Part shown: one piece after another, positions 1 through 10,700 of the stretch | How positions within the stretch are numbered: position 1 is the first letter of the stretch | Layout: the number at the start of each line of letters is the position of its first letter | Origin: Botryllus schlosseri | Taxonomy: Eukaryota | Assembly: GCA_051294905.1 (NCBI GenBank) | Contig: CM119383.1 | Coordinates: forward strand, 11,408,001-11,472,000 | Length of the DNA stretch: 64,000 nucleotides | Reading direction: 5' to 3' | Notes under the pieces: generated by a model | The model's database searches: none | Told to the model about the DNA's origin: nothing | Seen by the model: the letters and a program-made list of their open reading frames with translations, nothing else | Position numbers and translations under genes: made by a program

Positions 1-586
1 AAATATTCCAGGTTGTTTGCACACTAAAACATGTTGGTTAGGCTACATCTGAAATGCAAGTGAAGATTTTGATAGCATAGCAGAGTAGCTTTATGGTAGG
101 CCTATTGCGAGTTTTTCCACACAGCGTACAGCATAAATAACAGAGCAGTTGCTACTATTTCTCCAGGTTGGCAGACATTCAAACACGAGACACAATGAAA
201 AACGGCAGTTGAGCAGACAACACTCAAGCATGTGAATGTGCAACCCCAAAACTAACCCTAACACCGAAATTATGTCTACCCAAACCCGAACATCAACTTC
301 ATCCCGCATAATCAATCAAGTGTCGCATGCCCATATGTCCACAGACCATTTCTCTGAGCGTGTGTGTATCAATGCACAGTTGCACATTATAAAAACATTT
401 CAAGTCGGCATCGCAATATATCTTTAAACAATGACAATAAATGCTGCCCCAGTCCGTCACCACCAAAACACATCATACAAACAGAGCAAGCACACTTTCT
501 CTGTAAAAAAGCTCAGCTCCACTCATCGTCAGGTAAAACTCAATAAACAAATCAGGCATGACCAAGGCCATGATGTCCTCCAGCTG

Positions 587-2481
587 TCAATGTCTATTGC
601 ATCTCTTTTCCTTGTTGACCGCAGCAGAAATCTCGCGTTTGTCAAGCAAAGCATGTGCTAAAATTAGCAATTCACGAGACATAACACCGACGCAGCGTAA
701 CCGTAAGCAAACCCCAACCGTTCAGTCAACCACCGGTGGTTACATCAATATAAGAAACTTTTTACCTCACCTTAAGGGAGGTAGAATCAAAATACGAGTA
801 CGGCCATAAACTTAATAAAAGGTCCCTGCATACTGGCTTCGACATCCGTGTCCATGTCCTCATTTCTCTCCTGATTCTGCGGCCCTTGCTCGGAAACATG
901 GTACAATTGGTTGTCCCGGTTCGATTCTGAAATAACAACAAGTGAAAGTTTCTAATCAGAAATAAAATATTGTGGTCTTTTCGTCTCTTCCACTCTAGGA
1001 GTAAGATCAATGAATTTACCTCGTAACGAAAAAATGGCCTCATTTCAGTCAAATTAATGACTTTGAAGGCCCATGCGGTTGGTCGCTACTTTTTCCTTCA
1101 CACTAAGCCTGAAATCCTTAACAAAACAGCAGTGATTTCGTCAATATCATAGTTAGACATATTAACATATGTATCATTCTAGCAATAACACTAGAATAGC
1201 AATCCAGTCAATCAATTCATTGAAATTTGCATTATCATGAACAGTAAGTTGTGAATGTTTCAATGTACGCTATTCGACAATGCAGTTCATTCTCGTTATC
1301 AGCCACATTATGCTATAGTGTCCCAGCCTTATGTAGGTAAACTTTTAAACATAGGATAAGTCTACCTTGATGTTCTTGGGGGCGTCCTGTCTGCATTGGT
1401 CCTCGATTAGGTCCTGGTCCCGGGCCCAGCATAGGAGGTACCAATCCAGCGGCTGTAGCTGCTGCCAAAGCATTCGCCTGCGACCATGATTATCGGCACG
1501 ATTGAAACAAATCTTTGCTTCGTTAAAAACTGTCTTACTTCTGCTTGAGTAATAATTTGCACGTTGTCGTCCGTAGGTTTTTTCCAAATTGACTGGCGAG
1601 TTTTCGAGTGGTAATAGTACACCTTTCCTTGATCAGAAGTGGTTTCCACCCACACTTCTTTAGACGGGTCGATAACTGGTACTCCTGTATCAATGTATAG
1701 GAATACAAAGGCTCAAATTGAGACAATATGCTGTAAGCACTGCACAAAACCTGTATAGCGACAACATCTGATTAATAGTCTGTGGAAAATCAATTAACTA
1801 CCAAAACTTTCGGGGGCATCCAGAGTGGATGACAGCGATATTCATGTGGTTATGCTTGCACTGGACACTGGAACGCATGCATATAACTGCATACGATATG
1901 GACATGATCGTGCATGCACTACGCAAACTGGAATCTCGTTACGTTTTGCCTAATATAACAGGTGAGCAGCGATGATTCTTCAAGTCCAAGTAACCTAATA
2001 AAAATGAAAAAATGAAGAGTTGTGTGAGCACAGGACACCGATTTGGTGCAGCGGTGCGGGTGCAGCAGCGCTGAAACAGTGAAACAAGATTGAAGGAAGA
2101 GCTATGCTTACCAGGAGGCAATCCCGGTGGCATGCCCGGTCCCATGAATCTAGGCGGCCCACCCATCTGTAAACGTAGTGCAGTAAATTAGTTAAATCCA
2201 GTATACCGGTTAAAACTTGAAAGGGACTGCATTTATACTCATTTTATAATACTAACCTGTAACGGCGGTCCTAGTTCCATTGGTGGGCCCACGTTCGTTG
2301 GCGCTGGACCCATTTGCGGTGGTCTGAAACGTTGGTCGAACTGTTGACCAGGTCCCTGATACATGGGTGGCGGTCCAAGCAAGCTCGGGCCATTTTGATT
2401 TTGGCCGTTTGAGTTCATGAAATTTCCAGGGCCAGGGAAGTCATTGAAACGAGGACCCCTGGGTGGAAATTCACCTTGCAT
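587..2481 (-). CDS. TCERG1: TCERG1-like Pro-rich + WW-domain gene (N-terminal part). Exons 2481-2257, 2166-2112, 1684-1539, 1477-1366, 926-834 and a tentative terminal exon 657-587.
   Basis: Phase-consistent GT-AG exons give MQGEFPPRGPRF...MGGPPRFMGPGMPPGLPPGVPVIDPSKEVWVETTSDQGKVYYYHSKTRQSIWKKPTDDNVQIITQAE. This resembles TCERG1 WW1 ([29 protein letters not shown]), which also follows a Pro/Met/Gly-rich N-terminus. The first four exons are solid; the 3' end is uncertain and the gene may continue off the left edge. Confidence 0.75.
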
Positions 2482-2490
2482 GCTTATTGA

Positions 2491-2551
2491 ATAAGTCTAA
2501 GAGAGGATAAATAAAGTCTAAGAAAGGATAAATAAGTCTAAGGAAGGATAG
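2491..2551 (-). repeat. Three tandem 20-21 bp units just upstream of the TCERG1-like ATG
   Basis: Plus strand: ataagtctaagagaggataa / ataaagtctaagaaaggataa / ataagtctaaggaaggatag. On the minus strand each unit reads as a pyrimidine tract ending in TTAG. Confidence 0.85.
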
Positions 2552-3019
2552 ATGACAAACGCCCCACCCAACAAATCAAACGATACAGATTTAAAGCTTG
2601 CAGCTAATCCCAAATTCCCGATAACGCGTCAGCGGCACCGAAGACACCGTCACACTAAATATAATGACGCGGGAGGGTCACACGTATCACGAGCCGACCA
2701 AAGCGATACCAAAGCCGCGAAAGCAAACTCAGTATTTATGAAGAATCAGCTCACACGAAGCAGACTTGGACAATTATATAACTATACTAGCCTAATTAGA
2801 CTAATCAAAGCGAAATTTCTAATTATCTAATTATCAATTAACTTTTTAAATCCTTCCGATGATAAATATACATTACAATGTATTGTGTATGTATATAATA
2901 TCATTGATTCTTCTTTGCGCTCATTTTAATTATAATATAATTTCTTGTTTTCCTGAAAATGCTATGTACGAAACAAGCCAAGCTTACCGCACAAGCATTT
3001 GCCATTATCTTGCTTATCA

Positions 3020-3190
3020 GAATGTACTCTGATTTGATATGAACGGAACTTGATTCATTTTTTTCCAGTTTTTGCGAATTCAGTAATTGTAATCTAATTT
3101 CGAAAAACCTGTGTAGTGTGTAGCTACAATACTAATTCTAACCTAATTTGGAAAAACTCTCTAGTTGTAATTCTAATCTGATTTACAAAA
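3020..3190. repeat. Interspersed repeat, related copy at ~24865-25020
   Basis: Both sites share ctctgatt(t/c)gatatgaa...gcgaattcagtaatt(g/a)taat...aattctaa. Confidence 0.55.
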
Positions 3191-4762
3191 GCGGCAAATT
3201 TATTTACAAGTCTGACAGGAAGTACGTTTGTTCCGTTCAGATCAATGCACCACAAGTCCACAATATTGCGATACCATGAAGATATGCAATGACTTGGAGA
3301 GGTCCTAGAAATAAGACACCCACCTGGGCCTAGGCGATGTAAGGCCCAGCTGAGGTATCAGAATATCAGATCAGTAATCGACAGCCGGCCCGACTGAGGT
3401 ATGGCACGCCTTCTATCCTCACATCATTAGGTTCTTGCGCACACTTGTTCACCACTCATGGATATCTAGAACTAGATTACCCTGGCACCATTCCATTGAT
3501 ACAATTCTTAGGCTATGATAAATGTGGCTCTTGCCCATCGATAACCGCTGCTCTGGACTACTGCAAACATCTCACACACGTCATTAGTTACGGCCAAATG
3601 TTCTGTTTCTTTAATTGCTCATACTGCCGACAAACAGAACTCTCAGACCAACAGAAACAAAGAAGTCTCAAGCCAACTTGCAACCATCAATAGCTTCAGA
3701 GCAATTTCACTCAGCACTAGATTGAGGCATAACGTACAGATGGGGTTGGGCACCTTTCTTGAACTGTAGGCGGGCAAGTACACCGAAATTATTTATCAGG
3801 AACTCGAGAACAAATACGTCCAGTTCTCATTCAACACAATTCTTGAAACAGTTTCAAAGCAAATAAATGGAAGGACCAAGTGGTCGGTTGCGGTGCTAAT
3901 AAAATGTGGCGTGGATCTGAACAGAAGTAATTCCAGTTGCGGCAAAAGTTCATCGTTGAAAATTATGCATTCTATTAGATCCTAATACAGTTCCATAATT
4001 TGTAAATTAACACTCAATTTGAAAGGCATTGCTGACCGTGCAGGCGACTAAAATAAATAAGGATTGATGTGCTTCAAAAATATGGACACTTGGACAGTGC
4101 TCGATCAGGGAAATGGTCGTACACTTATTTCAATACCCTGACAAGGTGATGCATCAATATAACTCATGTCCTCAAACGGCCTGAAGAAAATGCCTCGAAA
4201 CCACAAGTCAATAAATTATAAAAAATTGTACAGGGAAATATAACATACCCACCACATGTACGTAAGCACGTTCGACTCAATCACCAGCATACAAAAGCGC
4301 CAGAATCACCTACCTTGGGTCATAAAAGTGAAAATTCGAGCACAACATCTCAATGGAAATAAACAAGTAACAATAGAAAACCAAAGCAAGTGTCCAAAGT
4401 ACAACAACAAAGTGAAAAAAATGGGCAATTCCGGTACATGCAACGTTGGCACTAGATCAGTATACATTACATCCAAAAAGCTCCAGGAAAAAAGAATTGA
4501 TTTATGAGGCGCTGCAATAAATCACAGAAAGTTGATGAGCGGATATCGAGTGGCACAAGTTGCGGTCAAATCTGAGAGGGCAGGCAATAATTTATGTGAC
4601 AGTGGGAAACGGAGACAGTACTGAAAGTAGAACTAAGATGCAGTCTGAAAATCGCTCGATTGTAGCCGGCAGATTCCAAAGCGGGAATGTGCCAAACCGG
4701 CGAGACTTTTGTGCGAGATAGCTGAAAGTGTGGATACGCAGCAAAAACGTCGCAGACAGAGT

Positions 4763-7700
4763 TCAAAGGTCGATGAACGATCTCATGATGAGGAAGACAA
4801 TGGCGCTAAGTCCGCCACTGACGGGAACGGTGACGAGCCACGCGAGTACGATATTTCGGAATATCTTCCAATCCACAGCTTCCCTGGACCGAACCCAGCC
4901 CACAGCGACCACAGCCCCTACCTGCGATGAAATTAATAAAAAAATACGTTATTTCTTCATATCGCGTGATACGATTGTTGATATACAATGTTCTTTTCAA
5001 TTCGCTACTAGTTGCTGACGATTACCGCCAGTCGAAAATATTCCAATTGTAAACTGAAGTTCTGTACGTCTAGGAATCTCTAAAACCACAAAATGCAAAA
5101 TAGTATTTTCAATTAACGAGCATAGAGCTACTGACATCGCAATGACCGCGTGACAGTTGATCGCCTGTCGAATTTGATTTGGAGAATAGAATTCAAATAT
5201 TTTTGTCACTCGGTTTTGTTTCTGTATCCGTTGGATGATGCCGTGAGGTCAAAAAGGTCGAGAACTACTGACCTATGCAGATACACACCGATGCAATCTA
5301 TTGTGACGAACGCACTCAGCCTCACACCAACGTAACGGCGACAAGCAAACAACACTTTGATATTTCCTGCTTAGTGAATCCGTTCCGTAGGACAACTTGC
5401 AAACTTAGGGTACTACCAAAACTACTATGTTGACATACACATGCGAGCATGTGGGTTAAAGTTAGGATAAAGGTTAGCTTTGATAACCATGCTCAAATGT
5501 TGGACAACCCTTCAAATGCCTAGTTCCGCTGGCTTGAAGAATCGCATCTGCAATAGGCTCGGTGCGCACTATATAAACGCTGGCTTACACAATCGCATCT
5601 GAAATAGGCCTAGCATGCTTTGGCTTCAATCTCCCGGTGGCTTGTAGACAATGCCGTTGAGTATATGCTGATGAGCAATTAAAGAGTGATATCGAATGTC
5701 CGCAAACACGTGCGTACATCCGTAATTGATTTCCACTAATACTTGAACGTATGCATTAGAAGATGTGTGTCAAGGCTTGCGTTATAAAAGAGGGAAGGTT
5801 TGAAGCACCTGGAATAGGCATCATTATAGCACATAAATTCATAAAAACACGGACATTTTGACTCGCGCAAATTGTCACCGAGGCTACGTAAGACGCGTTG
5901 CGTTGATAAGCGTGCATATTTAATTGTTCACAACAGATCAGGGACTTGCTAATTGACAGCACCTCCAGACTCGTCGACAAGCTCGTGAACACGAGGAGAT
6001 TGTATAATCGTCATCCACGCATGTACTTAACCCTAATGAATTGATGCTATATTAGTAAAGTAAAAAAAAAACCGAAACCCCTCCCTCATTTTTCGGCTGC
6101 TTGACAAGCTAAAAGAATTAACACTAGTTCAATCGGAATGCCATACCAGGCATGGTACTGCTGTACATAAGGAACAGGTTCTTCATGAGGTATACAACTG
6201 TACATGGACAAGTTTGAAAAGTCAATTCAAATGCTGGTGCCCACTAATACAATAAACTATAAACAACGGGCCACAGTGACACTACTGTAAAGGAATACCA
6301 GAGTAAATAAATATAACTAATTCAATCAATTTCAAACAACCACATGCACTCTTACCTTGCAATGCGTAGTCGAAACCGGTATGCCGATATTTGAAGCACC
6401 CAACACAGTGACGGCGCTCATAAGCTCAATAGTGAAGCCACTAAGAAACAAATGCCATTAAATACCTTCAGTAAACGTCACGTTTTTTACTCTTGGGCAT
6501 TTGGCAATTTCATATATATCTATGTTCGTATGTTGGATAACTTGATAAATACACCGCTGAGTAGAGTGTCGCCACTATATAGGGTTAACTCCAGGATTGT
6601 AAAATATAAATGAGCATCGACAAGAGACTGCGCTTGTAAGGATCCTGATGTTCTCAATCGGAGTGACTATACAGGGAAGGACATACAATAAATCAATAAA
6701 TCACCAGGGCCTATAGCGAAGCCAAATCAGGGTGGTATGGGTTTGTAATTAGACTATATTATTATGTAAAGCAGCGGCGGGCAAACTTTTTCGCTGGCGG
6801 GCCGCATTCAGAATTTGAATCCATTTGCGGGCCGCACTATATAAAATTGGGATACTAAGCGTAAAATTGAATATTGTTATTTGATTATATAGTGACCGAC
6901 GACATGGAAATAACACATATGTAGGCATTTGTATATTTAAATCTAATCGAACATTGATTTGATGATAACGTACACGCGCCAGAAATATTGACGAGAATTT
7001 ATAAGCTCGTCGTCCTCATTGTCAAAATTAGGGACGAGTGTCGGTTTTCCCCGATTATTAGAACTGGATGTAAATTTGAATCTGTGAGCAGCGATCTGTT
7101 CATGAATTTGCCGATTGTACTTTTGGTTCAGCTTCAGGACACACAATGCTGACAGCATCATAACTATGTTACACATACCAAGGTCGACTCCGGAATTCCT
7201 ACCGAAGTGTTGGAGGTTTATCTAGGCTCCTCCTCGCCACGTGATCCGCGTAGGCGGTGTCTTATAAAAAGCATAGAAGGAGGCCAAGCTACAAGTCGTT
7301 AAATACGGAAACAAAATAAGCAATATCGGCCTGGCGTAAAATGACCAATGTAGTCGAAACACCATGAATATCAAACCAACGAACAAACATACAAAGAACG
7401 AATATCTGTGGTATGATCCACAGCTACAACACCAATGGATTGTTGGTTCGAGTCCGACCAAGGTAGACTCCAGAATTCCTACATAAGTATTCGAGGTTTA
7501 TGTGGGATCCTCCTTGACACGTGATCCGCATAAGCGTTTCTTATAAAAGCATAGAAGTGGGCCGTGCTACCAGTCGGTAAATACGGAATCAAAAATAGAA
7601 TATCGGCCTGGTGTAAAATGACAAACGTTGTCGAAACATGAATATCAAACACACTCGCGAATCACTTTTTCCAAGTACAGCACTAAAACTAATAATCTTG

Positions 7701-10700
7701 CCCGTGTTGCCAACACTCGTGGTCCGATTTACGTTTTACTTTCTGTGAAGCTTAGCAATTGAATACCTTTAAAAAATGCATGGACCTCAAGTTGGGCTAT
7801 CGCGGCATCAATGAAATGAAAAATACTATTGTAAGAATATAGCTTACCACTATCATGTTGAAATATGGTAGGAAAAAGTTTAATCAAGTGCCTACAGTAA
7901 TTATTATTTTATATATTTATTCAATGATTCTTGAGGCTTTCGCGGGCCCACGGGCCGTAGTTTGCCCACCCCTGATGTAAAGACTATATGGACCAAAATA
8001 TGTTTGAAATGCCAATCCCACGCAGACTGACGAGAGGAAGACCGTGTAGAGACGTTACGGACGAGTCAGATGTGCTGTGGCAACCCATTTGGAGATGCCG
8101 ACAGATAAAGACGAAGCATGGAGAAGGGTAGCGCAGTGCTACATATGTATCTGTGATCTAAGTATCTATGGACTTTTGCAGCGACTTTAACCTTCAAACA
8201 TGCGCTTACCGGGAAGGAGTCAGGTTCGTCAAGTCTTCCCCCATCGTCTTTATAACTCTCCTGCCCCAAACCCACAACCCCACGCATATCCCGACGCCAC
8301 CGTAGAACAAAATCCAAACCGGAGTCGCTACATTCTGGTTGGCAGACTGCTCGGTGTAGATGATGTACAGCGCGATCAGTGGACCGATGGCATTGCTGAA
8401 AAGGTCAAAGTTCAACACAAATATGGTCTCAAAGTTTAATAGCCTAACAGCTCACAGGTCACCACCGATGCGATCAACAACAGGAGCAAAGATCAGTGTT
8501 TTAAACATTGGAACTTACAGAATTGAGAAGGGACGCAAAGTCCGAGGAAATTGGACTTTGCACGTATGACGGAACAGATTCAATAAACGTACCTGACGTC
8601 ATTTCCGCCATGGGCAAAAGCACCGAAGCAGGCTGTCAATATTTGAAGGAAACGGAATATTTGCCGGACCTCGATCCTGTCCTCCTTATCCTGAAAACCA
8701 GAGCGAGTCTATTAGCAAAGGTAGCCTGCGGTATCGCAATATAAGTTACACTTATAAAGATAAACATTCGCGGGGGTGCGACAATAATAGATATGCCTAC
8801 ACATCAAACCGGGGTAGTTGCTAACATTTACAAGACGACCTGAACTCCCAGTAAGAGACAGTACACTCTCACTTCAAAACAAATAGATTTGGCCGCTGAA
8901 GTTGCAGAGAAAGTTTGAAGGAAATTGTCACACTTTCCAGCACGGAACAGGATCTATATCACAACCGCAGTACATACTATCGGTAATTACGCAGCTAACA
9001 CAGAAGCATGGTACTGGGACCTGCGTCACAACTTCAGTAAATACACTATTGGTAATTCAGCAAGTAACGCATTATCCCTCAGGGCTATTTTATGATGCTA
9101 AAAAATCAGGGATCGGGCGTCTACTTTGAAAACATGCGCGACACTAGCGACCAATTCAATCGTCTCTGCACAAAACACAAAAACTTGAATACCTCTTCAT
9201 CGACAACAGACGCTTTAATCTCCCCCACTTCGCAATCTTCGTCATAACTAGCGGGAGCGACCTGCAAAATACACCTGAGTTCCACCGCATACGTCGCAGC
9301 TCAACGTAGACGGTAGACAAATTACCTTAATCTCGATCTTGTCGGGGTGCTGACACGCCGACAATTTCCGGAAGCCTTCTTCGATGGCGCCGGAATAAGA
9401 CTTCTGGTCGGACGCCAGCACGATGATGTCATCAGGTGATTTCATGGTCTGTGGATGAGACGAACCGGAATTGGCCATAATTTCGGGGCGGCAATGGACA
9501 ACGGGCACACTCGGATAGCTAGTTATACAGGTAGACTCGGGGCGCATTTCAACTTTTTCCTGAGTACTAAATTAGGTCATGGCTACTTGCAGTACTTCTT
9601 AAATTATGCTATGTTTTCAAAGTACTTCCGCTTCTCGTTGCGTTTTGTAGGAAAATTACTTATTACACTTGAAAAGTTGAAAGCGGTTTTGGGATAAGTT
9701 GGCATCACTTTCGCGGGTGGAATTGTCGCGAGAACCATGTGATATGAAATAGCCCCTGTATCACGGAACATTGCATCTTGTAAATTTGAATACAGCTGTC
9801 TGCCAACAACTGCAAATATGTGCCACTCCTCAAGCTTTTTGAAATGACTTGAGCTCAAACCTTTTATTTTGTACTTCAACTTGAAGTTTTGACATATCCT
9901 GGAAATCGTTACTTCCCTCGTTCTTCTTTGTTCTTAAGACTTGCACTTATTTTTGAATTTGCAGCCTTGTTGTCTTATTTGCATTGAAAGCACCCAAATT
10001 CCATATTTAGAGATTCGGCTAGGCTTCTTCATATCATGTTGATCAACTGTCCTAAATTTACGCATCATGACAATGGCAAGAAACCTAACTGAATGGAATG
10101 TACAGACATTTAGTAGACTGTCCAGTGTCCACATATTCAGCAGATTGATATTTTGCCATGAATATAATCTCAAAGCAATAATGAAAACCGAAGCTTGAAT
10201 ATTGGACTCCCGATAACATGGTGTAATCGGCAGGAAATGCATACCAACACTCACTAGCGGTTAGGTCAGTCAGGTCATATAAGGACACCATATCATATAA
10301 AATATTGGAGGCACGGCTGCTGAAATTGAAATCACAGGAAACTGTGCCAATATTAGGAAAATATCCCACCACAATGTACAGGATGCCAACCTGGTTCCCA
10401 GTATTCATAGTAGGATATTATACAAAATGCGGTCAATCACACATCCTGAAAAGCGAGGCGTGAATGATGTCAGTCGACCACAAGCAATCTCACCTTGAGC
10501 TACAAGGTGTCAATAAGTCATATAATGATAACGCAATATGTAACTGATTGATGGAATTTTAATACCTTGCCAACATAAGAGATGATTCATATCCTTATTG
10601 GATTACTCGTGGATTGATGTGACATAAATAGGTCAATTCTTCAGTGATATTTTATGCCTGCAAGACCAATCAAATATCACTTAGAGGACAGACTTACTGG

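Noticed and set aside
4709-5018. Plus-strand ORFs of 73 and 96 aa with a following AATAAA, resembling a terminal exon
   Set aside because: They are antisense shadows of the SLC20 last exon (4921-4763), which has clear family motifs.
9604-10408. Three overlapping minus-strand ORFs of 91-107 aa in an SLC20 intron
   Set aside because: No recognisable motif, no phase-compatible splice pairs found, and the flanking exons already join in frame.
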